Notes under the pieces: model-generated
What the model saw: the letters and a program-made list of their open reading frames with translations, nothing else
Told to the model about the DNA's origin: nothing
Databases searched by the model: none
Shown: piece by piece, positions 55,115 through 64,000 of the stretch
Numbering within the stretch: the stretch's first letter is position 1
How the letters are laid out: each line of letters opens with the position of its first letter
Position numbers and translations under genes: made by a program
Origin: Gemmatimonadales bacterium
GTDB taxonomy: Bacteria > Gemmatimonadota > Gemmatimonadetes > Gemmatimonadales > GWC2-71-9
Length of the DNA stretch: 64,000 nucleotides
Direction of reading: 5' to 3'
Assembly (NCBI GenBank): GCA_033853695.1
Contig: JAWOLH010000017.1
Coordinates: 105 to 64,104, forward strand

Positions 55115-55823
55115 GGGTCGCCTCCTGCCGGGCCTTGTACGGGATCGCCTCGACCGCGATGCCGCGCTCGCTCGCGACGCGCCGCGCGGTGGTGAGCCGG
55201 GTGAGGCCGTTCATCGTCGCCCGCACCATGTTGTGCGGATTCGTCGAGCCGAGGCTCTTCGTGAGGATGTCCCGTACGCCCGCGCACTCGAGCACCGCCC
55301 GTACCGGGCCGCCCGCGATCACGCCCGTCCCGCTCGCCGCCGGTTTCAGGAGCACGCGACCGGCGCCGTGATCCCCGATGATCTCGTGTGGAATCGTGCC
55401 ACCCGTGAGTGGCACCTCCGCCATGCGACGCCGCGCGGCCTCCACCGCCTTGCGCACCGCTTCACTCACCTCGTTCGCCTTGCCGGTAGCCACACCGACC
55501 TTGCCGTGCCCGTCGCCGACGGCGACGAGAGCATTGAAGCTGAACCGTCGACCGCCCTTCACGACTTTCGCGACGCGGTTGATGGCGATGACGTTCTCGA
55601 CGATACCGTCGCTCTCGCGCTGGCGGTCGCCCCCATCACGCCCGCCGCGCCCGCCCCGGCCTCCCCGTCCGCCGCGGCCCCCACGACCGCCACGACCACC
55701 GCCCTCGCCGCGGCGATGGTGTTCGGGGGCCGACGGCGGTGCTTCGGCGACCGGCGTCTCCGCCGGCGCACCTGTCGCCTGGGTATGGGGCGCCTGCGCG
55801 CCCGGCTCGGTTTCGTTCAGCAT
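55107..55823 (-). CDS. rpsE: 30S ribosomal protein S5 with about 70-aa N-terminal extension containing an RGG repeat
   Basis: Core [30 protein letters not shown]. Extension contains [20 protein letters not shown]. The ATG directly abuts the rplR stop. Confidence 0.92.
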   Translation of the reverse strand: MLNETEPGAQAPHTQATGAPAETPVAEAPPSAPEHHRRGEGGGRGGRGGRGGRGGRGGRGGRDGGDRQRESDGIVENVIAINRVAKVVKGGRRFSFNALVAVGDGHGKVGVATGKANEVSEAVRKAVEAARRRMAEVPLTGGTIPHEIIGDHGAGRVLLKPAASGTGVIAGGPVRAVLECAGVRDILTKSLGSTNPHNMVRATMNGLTRLTTARRVASERGIAVEAIPYKARQEATHG

Positions 55824-56195
55824 CTAGAGCTCCAATCCGCCTTTACGCGCGCCGTCGGCGACCGCCTTGACGCGCCCGTGGTACTGGTACCCGCCCCGGT
55901 CGAACACCACCCGGGCGATGCCCTTCTCCTTGGCCTTGGCCGCGATGAGCCGGCCCAGCGCATGGCTCTTGGCCGTCTTGCCGGCGCCCTCCACCTGAAT
56001 CCCTTCGCTCGCATCGGAGGCACCCACCAGGGTCACGCCGCGGTCGTCATCGACCACCTGCGCGTAGATGTGCTTCGAAGAGCGGAACACGACCAGCCGC
56101 GGCCGCGCTGCGGTGCCGCGCACGCGCTTGCGCACGCGCAGATGGCGCCGGGCACGCCGGTCGGCCTGCGTCTTGATCTTGCGAATCGCGCGCAT
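55824..56195 (-). CDS. rplR: 50S ribosomal protein L18
   Basis: [17 protein letters not shown]...[14 protein letters not shown]. Confidence 0.95.
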   Translation of the reverse strand: MRAIRKIKTQADRRARRHLRVRKRVRGTAARPRLVVFRSSKHIYAQVVDDDRGVTLVGASDASEGIQVEGAGKTAKSHALGRLIAAKAKEKGIARVVFDRGGYQYHGRVKAVADGARKGGLEL

Positions 56196-56198
56196 CGG

Positions 56199-56744
56199 TT
56201 ACTTGGCCGCCTGGGCGGTCTTGCCGGCCTTGCGCCGGACCTGTTCGCCCACGTAGCGAATCCCCTTTCCCTTATAGGGCTCGGGGGGCCGGACACTGCG
56301 CAGCTCGGCCGCCACCTGCCCGACGAGCTCCTTGTCGACGCCTTCCACCTTCACCTGCGTGTTGTTGTCCACCGTGATCTTGATCCCTTGCGGCGCATGG
56401 TACGGCACTGGGTGCGAATAGCCCACCACCAGCTGGACGCCGAACGGCTTGACCTCGGCCTTGTAGCCGACGCCCTGGATCTCGAGCGACTTGGAAAATC
56501 CCTTCGTGACGCCCTCCACCATGTTGGCCACGAGGGTGCGCGTGAGCCCGTGCAGCGCCTTGTGGCGCGGCTCGTCGGAGGGGCGCCGCACGGCGACCGA
56601 CTGCTCCTCGAGCGCGACGCTCAGGTCGGGGTGCACCGTGCGGCTGATTTCGCCCTTGGGACCCTTCACGGTGACGGTCCGGCCGTCGATCGACGCCGTG
56701 ACTCCCTTCGGGAGCGGCACGGGACGTTTGCCGATGCGCGACAT
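56199..56744 (-). CDS. rplF: 50S ribosomal protein L6
   Basis: MSRIGKRPVPLPKGV...GKGIRY. Confidence 0.95.
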   Translation of the reverse strand: MSRIGKRPVPLPKGVTASIDGRTVTVKGPKGEISRTVHPDLSVALEEQSVAVRRPSDEPRHKALHGLTRTLVANMVEGVTKGFSKSLEIQGVGYKAEVKPFGVQLVVGYSHPVPYHAPQGIKITVDNNTQVKVEGVDKELVGQVAAELRSVRPPEPYKGKGIRYVGEQVRRKAGKTAQAAK

Positions 56745-56753
56745 GGGCCCTCC

Positions 56754-57149
56754 TTACCAGACCACCGCGAGCAGCTCGCCGCCGACACGGGCGGTACGGG
56801 CGTCGCGGTCCGACATCACCCCACGCGGCGTGCTGAGGATCGCCATCCCCAGGCCGTTCTTGACGCGCGGGATCTCGCGCGCCTTTACGTAGCGCCGCAA
56901 CCCCGGCGCGGAGACGCGCTGCAGCTCGCGAATCACGGGCGAGTCGTTGTGGTATTTGAGGTAGAGCCGCAGCAGACCGAAGCGCCCATCGTCCAGGACC
57001 TTGAAGTCCTGAATGTAATGGTTGTCGCGCAGGATCCGGGCGATTTCCACCTTCAGTTTCGACACCGGCATATCCACCCGGCGGTGCCCCGCCGTACAGG
57101 CGTTGCGCACCCGGGTGAGCATGTCGGCGACGGGATCAGTCACGCTCAT
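56754..57149 (-). CDS. rpsH: 30S ribosomal protein S8
   Basis: DPVADMLTRVRNA...GGELLAVVW. Confidence 0.95.
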   Translation of the reverse strand: MSVTDPVADMLTRVRNACTAGHRRVDMPVSKLKVEIARILRDNHYIQDFKVLDDGRFGLLRLYLKYHNDSPVIRELQRVSAPGLRRYVKAREIPRVKNGLGMAILSTPRGVMSDRDARTARVGGELLAVVW

Positions 57150-57164
57150 CTCGCCTCCCGCCCC

Positions 57165-57350
57165 TTACCAGCTGGCTTTGCGGACGCCGGGGATCTCGCC
57201 CCGCAGCGCCAGGTCTCGGAAACAGATGCGGCACAACCCGAACTTGCGCAGTGTGGCCCGGCTGCGGCCGCACCGCTGGCAGCGCTGATACGCGCGAACC
57301 TTGAATTTCGGAGTGCGCTTGACCCTCTCAGTCCAGCACTTCTTGGCCAT
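57165..57350 (-). CDS. rpsN: 30S ribosomal protein S14, type Z (zinc-binding)
   Basis: 61 aa with CQRCGR...CRIC Cys pairs, ending in W. Confidence 0.93.
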   Translation of the reverse strand: MAKKCWTERVKRTPKFKVRAYQRCQRCGRSRATLRKFGLCRICFRDLALRGEIPGVRKASW

Positions 57351-57364
57351 GCCTGTCCTCTCTC

Positions 57365-58051
57365 TCAGCCGACGGCGACCGGGGATTCGCCGCGGAACGG
57401 CATTCCCAGCTCGCGCAGCAGCGCCATCGCGGTGTCGTCGCGACCGGCGGTGGTGACGAACGTGATGTCCATCCCGTGGATCTGCTCGACCTTGTCGTAG
57501 TCGATCTCGGGAAACACCATCTGCTCCTTGATGCCGAGCGTGTAGTTGCCGCGCCCGTCGAAACTCTTCGTCGGCAGCCCGCGGAAGTCGCGCATCCGCG
57601 GCACCGCCACCGAGATGAACCGGTCGAGGAACTCGTACATCCGCGCTCCCCGCAGCGTCACGGCGCAGCCGATCGGCACGCCGGCGCGGAGGTTGAAGTT
57701 CGCGATCGCCTTCTTGGCGCGCGTCACCACGGGCCGCTGGCCCGTGACGGCCGCCAGCTCCGCGACTGCGGCATCGAGCGCCTTGGGATTCTTCTGCGCG
57801 TCCCCCATGCCCACGTTGAGCACGATCTTCACGAGCCGGGGGATCTCGTGAGGATTCCGGAAGCCGAACTGCTGTTGCAGCTTGCCGCGCACCTGCTGCT
57901 CGTAGTAGAGCCTGAGCCGCGCCGGCGGCGCGGGCTCCGGCGGAGCCTCGGGCTCCACCACGACCTCGGGCTGCCCTTTGGGCGGCTTCTGCCCCTTCGG
58001 CTTCTTCTCCTGCTTCTGCTCTTTCGGTTGCTTCTCTTTCGTCTCAGCCAT
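57365..58051 (-). CDS. rplE: 50S ribosomal protein L5 with about 45-aa K/E/P-rich N-terminal extension
   Basis: Core [16 protein letters not shown]...ITFVTTA. Extension [29 protein letters not shown]. Confidence 0.92.
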   Translation of the reverse strand: MAETKEKQPKEQKQEKKPKGQKPPKGQPEVVVEPEAPPEPAPPARLRLYYEQQVRGKLQQQFGFRNPHEIPRLVKIVLNVGMGDAQKNPKALDAAVAELAAVTGQRPVVTRAKKAIANFNLRAGVPIGCAVTLRGARMYEFLDRFISVAVPRMRDFRGLPTKSFDGRGNYTLGIKEQMVFPEIDYDKVEQIHGMDITFVTTAGRDDTAMALLRELGMPFRGESPVAVG

Positions 58052-58053
58052 GC

Positions 58054-58437
58054 TTACCTCGTCCGCGGAATCGGTTGCCCCGATCGCGCCGCGACGCGCT
58101 CGATCGTGCCGTCCTTGTCGCGCCGCCGCCGCACCCGCGTCGGCTTCCCCGATTTCGGGTCGAGCAGCATCACCTTGGACGCGGCGATGGGCGCCGCCTT
58201 CTCGATGATCGCACTCTCCTGCTCGGCCGTCCGGGCCCGCTGGTGCTTCTTCACCAGGTTCACGCCCTCCACGATGACGCGGAACGTCTTCGCGTCCACC
58301 TGGAGGATGCGCCCCTCCTTGCCGCGGTCATCGCCCGAGATCACCCGCACCGTGTCGCCCTTGGCGAGGTGAATCTTGTGCCGCAGGGGCTTCGTGCCGC
58401 GGACGCGCCGCGACTTTTTGTACACGAGCGGCTTCAT
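58054..58437 (-). CDS. rplX: 50S ribosomal protein L24
   Basis: [20 protein letters not shown]...EGVNLVKKH (KOW motif). Confidence 0.93.
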   Translation of the reverse strand: MKPLVYKKSRRVRGTKPLRHKIHLAKGDTVRVISGDDRGKEGRILQVDAKTFRVIVEGVNLVKKHQRARTAEQESAIIEKAAPIAASKVMLLDPKSGKPTRVRRRRDKDGTIERVAARSGQPIPRTR

Positions 58438-58438
58438 G

Positions 58439-58807
58439 TCAGATGACCTCCGGCGCCAGCGACACGATCTTCATGAACCGCTTCTCGCGCAGCTCGCGCC
58501 CCACGGGCCCGAAGATGCGCGTCGCGCGCGGCTCCCCCTGGTCGTTGATCAGCACGGCGGCGTTTTCATCGAACCGGATGTAGGAGCCGTCGCGCCGCTT
58601 CGTCTCCTTGGCGGTCCGCACGATCACGGCCTTGGCGACCTCGCCCTTCTTGATCTGGCCGGTCGGGATGGCGTCCTTGATCGTGACCACCACGATGTCG
58701 CCGAGTCCGGCGTAGCGCCGTTTCGACCCGCCGAGCACGCGGATGACGAGCGCGTTCCGCGCGCCCGAGTTGTCCGCGATCTTGAGTATCGACTCCTGCT
58801 GTACCAC
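58439..58807 (-). CDS. rplN: 50S ribosomal protein L14
   Basis: [17 protein letters not shown]...[10 protein letters not shown]. Confidence 0.96.
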   Translation of the reverse strand: MVQQESILKIADNSGARNALVIRVLGGSKRRYAGLGDIVVVTIKDAIPTGQIKKGEVAKAVIVRTAKETKRRDGSYIRFDENAAVLINDQGEPRATRIFGPVGRELREKRFMKIVSLAPEVI

Positions 58808-58822
58808 GGTTCCCCCCGGCCT

Positions 58823-59071
58823 CTACTTCGCCCGCTCGAGTATCTCGACCACCCGCCAGCGCTTGCGCTTCGACAGCGGCCGCGTCTCCACCAGGCGGAC
58901 GGTGTCGCCCGACTTGGCGCCCTGGTCGTCGTGGGCCGCGACCGTCTTGGTCCGGACCACCTGCTTGCCGTAGAAACCATGCGCATAGCGGCGCACCAGC
59001 GCCACCGTCACGGTCTTCTGCATCTTGTCGCTCACCACGACGCCGGTGCGCGTCTTGCGACGGCCCCTCAT
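58823..59071 (-). CDS. rpsQ: 30S ribosomal protein S17
   Basis: [14 protein letters not shown]...[14 protein letters not shown]. Confidence 0.94.
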   Translation of the reverse strand: MRGRRKTRTGVVVSDKMQKTVTVALVRRYAHGFYGKQVVRTKTVAAHDDQGAKSGDTVRLVETRPLSKRKRWRVVEILERAK

Positions 59072-59268
59072 GCCTGCCTCCGCTCACGCAAAATGGTCGC
59101 GATCCGCGCGATATCGCGCCGGATCGTGCGGAACTGAAGCGGATTCGTGATCGCTTCGGTCCCCGAGCGGAACCGCAGGCGGAACCGCTCCTCGCGGAGC
59201 ACCGCGAGCTTCTGCTCCAGCTCCTCCGTCTTCAGCTGCCGCAGGTCCTCGGGTCGTTGCCGGGCCAT
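59068..59268 (-). CDS. rpmC: 50S ribosomal protein L29
   Basis: 66 aa, [25 protein letters not shown]. Operon position. Confidence 0.9.
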   Translation of the reverse strand: MARQRPEDLRQLKTEELEQKLAVLREERFRLRFRSGTEAITNPLQFRTIRRDIARIATILRERRQA

Positions 59269-59269
59269 C

Positions 59270-59683
59270 TCAGCGCTCCTCCCGCTTCACGAAGCGAGAC
59301 CGCAGCGGCAGCTTCGCCGCCGCCAGCGCCAGCGCGTGCCGCGCGAGCGCCTCCTCGATCCCCTCGACTTCGAACATCACGCGACCCGGCTTCACCACCG
59401 CCACCCACCCCTCCGGGTTGCCCTTGCCCTTCCCCATCCGGGTCTCCGCCGGCTTCTTGGTGATCGGCTTGTCGGGAAACAGCCGGATCCACACCTTGCC
59501 GCCGCGCTTCATCTCGCGGGTCAGCGCGACGCGCGCGGCTTCGATCTGCCGGTTCGTGATCCAGCCCGGGTCGAGGGACATCAGGCCGTAGTGCCCGAAC
59601 GCCACCGTGTTGCCGCGCGTAGCCAGCCCGTTGGTGTTGCCCTTGAACCGCTTGCGGAACTTGACCCGCTTTGGTGCCAGCAT
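59270..59683 (-). CDS. rplP: 50S ribosomal protein L16
   Basis: [11 protein letters not shown]...[12 protein letters not shown]. Confidence 0.96.
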   Translation of the reverse strand: MLAPKRVKFRKRFKGNTNGLATRGNTVAFGHYGLMSLDPGWITNRQIEAARVALTREMKRGGKVWIRLFPDKPITKKPAETRMGKGKGNPEGWVAVVKPGRVMFEVEGIEEALARHALALAAAKLPLRSRFVKREER

Positions 59684-59684
59684 G

Positions 59685-60344
59685 TCAGACGCCCGTCGAG
59701 TAAGTGCGGCCCGCCAGCTCCTCGGTCCGCTCGCCCTTGAAGATCCACACCTTCACGCCGATGGTCCCGTAGGTGGTCTTCGCCGTCGAGGTGGCGTAAT
59801 CGACGTCGGCGCGCAGCGTGTGCAGCGGCACGCGGCCTTCGTGATAGCCCTCGACCCTGGCGATTTCCGCTCCGCCGAGCCGGCCGCCGCACTTGATCTT
59901 GATCCCCTGCGCGCCCATCCGCATGGCGCTCTGCACCGCCCGCTTCATGGCACGGCGGAACGAGATACGCTGCTGCAGCTGATGCACCACGCTGTCGGCC
60001 ACCAGCTGGGCGTCGAGCTCGGGCCGCTTGATCTCTTCGACGTTGATCCCGACTTCCTTCCCCGTCAGCTGCGCCAGCTCGTCACGCAGCTTGTCGACTT
60101 CGGCGCCCCGCTTGCCGATCACCACCCCGGGCCGCCCGGTGTGCACCGTCACCGTCACCTTGCCGGGGCGCCGCTCGATGTGCACGTCCGCGATCGCGGC
60201 GTGCGACAGCCGCGTCTTCAGGTACTTCCGGATCAGGTCGTCTTCCTTCAGGAGCTCCGGGAAGTTGCGGCGCGCGAAATAGCGCGAGCGCCACTGCTTG
60301 ATGACCCCGAGCCGGAAGCCATAGGGATGCGTTTTCTGGCCCAC
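59685..60344 (-). CDS. rpsC: 30S ribosomal protein S3
   Basis: [13 protein letters not shown]...KH domain...[10 protein letters not shown]. Confidence 0.96.
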   Translation of the reverse strand: MGQKTHPYGFRLGVIKQWRSRYFARRNFPELLKEDDLIRKYLKTRLSHAAIADVHIERRPGKVTVTVHTGRPGVVIGKRGAEVDKLRDELAQLTGKEVGINVEEIKRPELDAQLVADSVVHQLQQRISFRRAMKRAVQSAMRMGAQGIKIKCGGRLGGAEIARVEGYHEGRVPLHTLRADVDYATSTAKTTYGTIGVKVWIFKGERTEELAGRTYSTGV

Positions 60345-60818
60345 TTACGCCTTCTTTCCCTTCGTGGTCTTGGCCTTCACGGCCTTGCCGCCTGCCGCCG
60401 CGACCTTCTCCTTCGTCTTCGCCTTCGCGGCCGTCGCCGCCGGGGGCGCCGCGGGCTTCGCCTTCGGCTGATCGGCCGCGAATACGTGGATTTCCACGTG
60501 GCTCGTCCGCTTCTTGATCGGCGTGGCGCGACCCATCGCGGCCGACGTGAACCGCTTCAGCGTCGGCCCCTCGTTGACGACCGCGTAGCGCACGCGCAGC
60601 GCGTCGACATCGAGCGGCACGTTCTGCCGCTGCGCCCGCTGCTCCGCGTTCGCCACGGCCGACTTGAGCACCTTGTGGATCTGCTGCGCCGCATGCTTCT
60701 TCGAAAACCGCAGGATCGCGTAGGCCTCCGGCACCGCGCGGCCCCGGATCTGATCGATCACGAGGCGCATCTTGCGCGCCGACTGGCGCACCGTCCGCTG
60801 AATCGCCCGGGCTTCCAT
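60345..60818 (-). CDS. rplV: 50S ribosomal protein L22 with K/A-rich C-terminal extension
   Basis: Core VRQSARKMRLVIDQIRG...AMGRATPIKKRTSHV. Tail PKAKPAAPPAATAAKAKTKEKVAAAGGKAVKAKTTKGKKA. Confidence 0.93.
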   Translation of the reverse strand: MEARAIQRTVRQSARKMRLVIDQIRGRAVPEAYAILRFSKKHAAQQIHKVLKSAVANAEQRAQRQNVPLDVDALRVRYAVVNEGPTLKRFTSAAMGRATPIKKRTSHVEIHVFAADQPKAKPAAPPAATAAKAKTKEKVAAAGGKAVKAKTTKGKKA

Positions 60819-60821
60819 ACG

Positions 60822-61133
60822 CTACTCCGCGGCCTTCTCGGCGGCCTTCGCCTCGGCCTCGCGCTCGGCCGCGGTCTTCGTCGTATGGCCGCGGAAGAGG
60901 CGCGTGGCCGCGAACTCGCCCAGCTTGTGCCCCACCATGTTCTCGGTCACGTACACCGGGATGAACTTGTTCCCGTTGTGCACCGCCAGGGTGTGGCCGA
61001 CGAAATCGGGCGTGATCGTCGAGCGGCGTGACCACGTCTTGAACACCTTCTTCTCGTTCTTGTCGTTCAGCCCCTGGATCTTCTTCAGGAGCGACGGCTC
61101 CACGTACGGGCCCTTCTTGACCGAGCGTGCCAT
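60822..61133 (-). CDS. rpsS: 30S ribosomal protein S19 with short E/A/K-rich C-terminal tail
   Basis: [11 protein letters not shown]...[16 protein letters not shown]. Confidence 0.95.
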   Translation of the reverse strand: MARSVKKGPYVEPSLLKKIQGLNDKNEKKVFKTWSRRSTITPDFVGHTLAVHNGNKFIPVYVTENMVGHKLGEFAATRLFRGHTTKTAAEREAEAKAAEKAAE

Positions 61134-61973
61134 TTACTGCGTCGCCTTCCCGCGCTTGCGTCCGCGCACGATGAGTTTCGTCGACGCCTTCTTCTTGTGA
61201 CGCGTCTTCCTGCCCTCCGGCTTGCCCCATGGGCTCACCGGCGGACGGCCGCCCGAGGTCTTGCCCTCGCCGCCGCCCAGCGGATGGTCGACCGGGTTCA
61301 TCGCCACGCCGCGCACCCGCGGGCGACGCCCCAGCCAGCGCGTTTTCCCCGCCTTGCCCACCGACTGCAGCTCGTGCTCGGCGTTGCCGACCTCGCCGAT
61401 CGTCGCGAGGCACTCGCCCCGAACCATGCGCATCTCGCTGGAGCGCAGCCGCAGCGTGACGTGGTTGCCTTCCTTCGCCACGACCTGGGCGCCGGTCCCG
61501 GCGGCGCGGCAGATCTGCCCGCCGCGGCCGATCTTCAGCTCGACGTTGTGCACCGCCGTGCCGAGCGGGATCTCGAAGAGCGGCAGGGCGTTGCCGGTGC
61601 GGATGTCCGACCCGGGCCCCGAGACGATCGTGTCCCCGACCGCGAGGCCGCGCGGGTGCAGGATGTAGCGCTTCTCGCCGTCGACGTAGGTGACGAGGGC
61701 GATCCGGCACGTCCGGTTGGGATCGTATTCGATCGCCGTGACCTTCGCCGGCACGCCGAACTTGTTGCGGCGGAAATCGATCTTCCGGTACTGCCGCTTG
61801 TGGCCGCCGCCCTGGTGGCGCGTCGAGACGGGCCCATTGTTGTGGCGCCCGCCGGTGCGGCGCAACGGCTCGACGAGCGAGCGCTCCGGCGTCGTCTTCG
61901 TCACCTCGGCGAAGTCCGCCACCGAGCGAAACCGCGTCGCCGCGGTGACCGGTTTGAACTGTCGGATGCCCAT
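61134..61973 (-). CDS. rplB: 50S ribosomal protein L2
   Basis: [10 protein letters not shown]...[17 protein letters not shown]. Confidence 0.96.
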   Translation of the reverse strand: MGIRQFKPVTAATRFRSVADFAEVTKTTPERSLVEPLRRTGGRHNNGPVSTRHQGGGHKRQYRKIDFRRNKFGVPAKVTAIEYDPNRTCRIALVTYVDGEKRYILHPRGLAVGDTIVSGPGSDIRTGNALPLFEIPLGTAVHNVELKIGRGGQICRAAGTGAQVVAKEGNHVTLRLRSSEMRMVRGECLATIGEVGNAEHELQSVGKAGKTRWLGRRPRVRGVAMNPVDHPLGGGEGKTSGGRPPVSPWGKPEGRKTRHKKKASTKLIVRGRKRGKATQ

Positions 61974-61974
61974 A

Positions 61975-62262
61975 TCAGCCCTCGAACACCTGGATCGTGT
62001 CGCCCTCTTTGAGCCGCACGATCGCCTTCTTCCACGACGGGCGGAGTCCCTGGCGGCCCGAGTAGCTGCGCCGCTTGGCGCGCACTACGAGCGTGCGCAC
62101 GTCCGTCACCGTCACATTGAACAGCTTCTCGATCGCCGTCCGGATCTGGGGCTTCGTCGCCTCGGCGTGCACCCGGAAGGCGTATTCCTTGCGCGCCTGA
62201 TAGGCGGCCGACGACTTCTCGGTCACCACCGGGCCGACGATCAGCTCGTGCAGGTCAGGCAT
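61975..62262 (-). CDS. rplW: 50S ribosomal protein L23
   Basis: 95 aa, VVTEKS...[12 protein letters not shown]. Operon position. Confidence 0.92.
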   Translation of the reverse strand: MPDLHELIVGPVVTEKSSAAYQARKEYAFRVHAEATKPQIRTAIEKLFNVTVTDVRTLVVRAKRRSYSGRQGLRPSWKKAIVRLKEGDTIQVFEG

Positions 62263-62911
62263 CGGCCGCCTCCCCGCTCACTGCGGCCTCCGCCTCGACG
62301 CCGGCCAGCGCCGGCGCCTCGACCACGACCGTGTCCGACCACAGCACATCGTAGGCGGTCGTGTCGGCGAAGCGCTGTACGCGAACGTCGGCGATGTTGC
62401 GGCCCGACAGATAGACGTTGTGCGCCGCCGGCGTGTCGGCCACGAGGAGCAGTACCTTCTTGTCTTTGAGCCCCAGCTTCGCGAACAGCTCGGCGAGCGG
62501 CTTGGTCTTCGGCTTCTCGTAGGCCAGGGCGTCGACGACGAGCAGCGCCTCCTCGCGGGCCCGCGCGTTGAGCGCGGACTTCCTGGCGAGCTGGCGCACC
62601 TTCTTCGGGATCGACAGGCGATAGTCGCGCGGATGCGGTCCGAACACGATGCCGCCATGCCGCCAGTGCGGCGCCCGGGTCGAGCCCTGGCGCGCGCGCC
62701 CGGTGCCCTTCTGGCGCCACGGCTTCTGGTTGCCGCCCGAGACGTGGCTACGCGTCTTGGTCGACGCGGTCCCCTGGCGCTGGTTCGCCAGAAAGGTGAC
62801 GACGGCGCGGTGCAGCGCGTCCTCGTTCACCCGGCCGTCGAAGATCGCCTCGGGGAGGGCGACGGCTTTCTTCTTCGCCCCCGCCGCCGAAAAGTGCGGT
62901 GCCTCAATCAT
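62255..62911 (-). CDS. rplD: 50S ribosomal protein L4
   Basis: GTASTKTRSHVSGGNQKPWRQKGTGRARQGS. ATG 62911 is preferred over the upstream GTG at 62926. Confidence 0.93.
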   Translation of the reverse strand: MIEAPHFSAAGAKKKAVALPEAIFDGRVNEDALHRAVVTFLANQRQGTASTKTRSHVSGGNQKPWRQKGTGRARQGSTRAPHWRHGGIVFGPHPRDYRLSIPKKVRQLARKSALNARAREEALLVVDALAYEKPKTKPLAELFAKLGLKDKKVLLLVADTPAAHNVYLSGRNIADVRVQRFADTTAYDVLWSDTVVVEAPALAGVEAEAAVSGEAADA

Positions 62912-63524
62912 GGCGGCTCCTCCCACCCTGCTTGCGGATCGTCACATAGCCGTTGGTCGGTCCGGGAACGGCGCCGTGGATGTAGAGCAGATTGCGCTCC
63001 GCATCCACCCGCACGACCTTCAGCCCCAGCTCGGTGAAGTTGCGGGCGCCCATATGCCCCGGCATCCGCTTGCCCTTGATGATGCGGGACGGATCGGTGC
63101 CCGGCGCGATCGAGCCCGGCTTGCGATGCCGCGTGTTGCCGTGCGTGTTCGGCCCGCCGCCGAAGTGGTAGCGGTGCACGACTCCCTGGAACCCTTTGCC
63201 CTTCGTCACCCCCGACACCTTCACCCGCTCGCCGGCGGCGAAGATCGCGACCGTCACCTGATCACCCGGCTTGGGGGCCTCACCCGTGAGCGGGAAGCTC
63301 TCGAGCCGGCGCGGCACGCCCGGCAGGGCCGCCGCCTTGACGTGGCCCGCCATCGCCTTCACGGTGCGCTTCGCTTTCTTCGTCTCGAAGCCAAGCTGCA
63401 CCCGGTCGCCCGCGACCTGGACGACGGGGCACGGCCCCGCCTCGATCACGGTGACCGGCACGTGCGCGCCGTCCTCCGCGAAGACGCGGGTCATCCCGAG
63501 CTTACGGCCGATTAGTGCGTTCAT
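62904..63524 (-). CDS. rplC: 50S ribosomal protein L3
   Basis: [15 protein letters not shown]...GKGFQGV. Start placed by frame arithmetic from the track ORF. Confidence 0.94.
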   Translation of the reverse strand: MNALIGRKLGMTRVFAEDGAHVPVTVIEAGPCPVVQVAGDRVQLGFETKKAKRTVKAMAGHVKAAALPGVPRRLESFPLTGEAPKPGDQVTVAIFAAGERVKVSGVTKGKGFQGVVHRYHFGGGPNTHGNTRHRKPGSIAPGTDPSRIIKGKRMPGHMGARNFTELGLKVVRVDAERNLLYIHGAVPGPTNGYVTIRKQGGRSRHD

Positions 63525-63531
63525 TCGCTCC

Positions 63532-63840
63532 TCACCCAACCTTGATCTCCACATCCACGCCCGCCGGCAGATCGAGCTTCGTCAGCGCATCCACCGTCTG
63601 GGCGCGCGAGTCCATGATGTCGATCAGGCGCTTGTGCGTCTTCAGCTCGAACTGCTCGCGGCTCTTCTTGTCGATGTGCGGGGATCGCAGCACCGTCCAC
63701 ATCTGCCGCTTGGTCGGGAGCGGAATCGGCCCCGACACCTGCGCCCCCGTCTTTTCCGCCGTCCGCACGATGTCCGCCGCCGCCTGATCGATCAGGGCGT
63801 GGTCGAATGCCTTGAGACGGATGCGAATCTTGCTCGCCAT
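63532..63840 (-). CDS. rpsJ: 30S ribosomal protein S10
   Basis: [14 protein letters not shown]...[13 protein letters not shown]. Confidence 0.96.
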   Translation of the reverse strand: MASKIRIRLKAFDHALIDQAAADIVRTAEKTGAQVSGPIPLPTKRQMWTVLRSPHIDKKSREQFELKTHKRLIDIMDSRAQTVDALTKLDLPAGVDVEIKVG

Positions 63841-63872
63841 AAGACCCTCTTGCTGACGTCAGACGTCAGGAT

Positions 63873-64000
63873 TCACTTCTTGATTTTCGTCACCACGCCG
63901 GCGCCGACCGTCCGCCCACCCTCGCGGATCGCGAACCGCAGCCCCTCTTCCATCGCGATCGGCGTGATCAGCTCGATCGCCATCTTCGTGTTGTCCCCCG
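63873..64000 (-). CDS. tuf: Elongation factor Tu, C-terminal end (5' part off-window)
   Basis: The reverse-strand translation ends ...[33 protein letters not shown], with the stop at 63873-63875. Canonical position upstream of rpsJ. Confidence 0.9.
   Translation of the reverse strand, partial: GDNTKMAIELITPIAMEEGLRFAIREGGRTVGAGVVTKIKK

Noticed and set aside
63853-63869. CTGACGT-CAG-ACGTCAG hairpin containing a TGACGTCA palindrome between tuf and rpsJ.
   Set aside because: It has only a 7-bp stem and no U-tract. It is probably a minor mRNA structure or processing site in the tuf-S10 junction, with too little information to call it a regulatory site.
1-64000. Searched by eye for CRISPR arrays, rRNA/tRNA genes, IS elements, integrases, phage genes and toxin-antitoxin or restriction-modification-type defence genes.
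   Set aside because: No regularly spaced repeats, no tRNA-like cloverleaf motifs in the few intergenic gaps, and no ORF with transposase, integrase or nuclease signatures. The window looks like core chromosome plus one polysaccharide cluster.

Overview
Very GC-rich bacterial chromosomal segment (about 68-70% GC by eye, not computed). Gene packing is dense and strand bias is strong: almost everything from 27.5 kb to 64 kb is on the minus strand. I found no rRNA, tRNA, CRISPR array, transposase, integrase or phage gene. In order, the window holds: (1) a Ser/Thr-phosphosignalling trio, namely a membrane protein, a PP2C phosphatase and an FHA-TM-trypsin-like protease fusion. (2) anmK-murQ, ggt, a glycine-zipper lipoprotein, a four-repeat DUF3761-like secreted protein, a YidB-like protein and a GH10 xylanase lipoprotein. 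(3) A roughly 16.6 kb Wzx/Wzy-type exopolysaccharide cluster (10701-27294), whose 10-gene core (12964-27294) is joined almost entirely by ATGA or 1-nt start/stop overlaps and includes two gene fusions (GT2-GT4 and CE4 deacetylase-Wzx flippase). (4) A long minus-strand run: mscL, ccdA, pyruvoyl arginine decarboxylase, fur, a TIGR00300/LOR-SDH-type protein, priA, a dipeptide epimerase, an HDAC-like deacetylase preceded by three coupled small ORFs of unknown function, glxK-glyQS, a penicillin-acylase-family protein, purA, and a tightly coupled trpS-mgtC-dehydrogenase-pilT-dapA-like-M28 string. hsp20 is the only plus-strand gene inside this run. (5) suhB-like and ftcD. (6) The end of tuf followed by the S10-spc ribosomal operons through secY-adk-map. 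I see no signature of a classical defence or mobile island, so no single new system can be asserted from sequence alone. The observations most worth follow-up are the three-small-ORF plus HDAC operon (the HDAC appears to need a CTG start), the CE4-Wzx fusion, and the FHA-protease fusion. Also of note are an M28 peptidase with a two-helix hydrophobic insertion between its metal ligands, an AT-rich heptamer inverted-repeat element after glyQS, an orphan plus-strand intrinsic terminator suggesting an sRNA, and low-complexity (K/A/P-rich and RGG) tails on many ribosomal proteins. Many long ORFs in the supplied track are antisense or shadow frames typical of high-GC DNA and were rejected.
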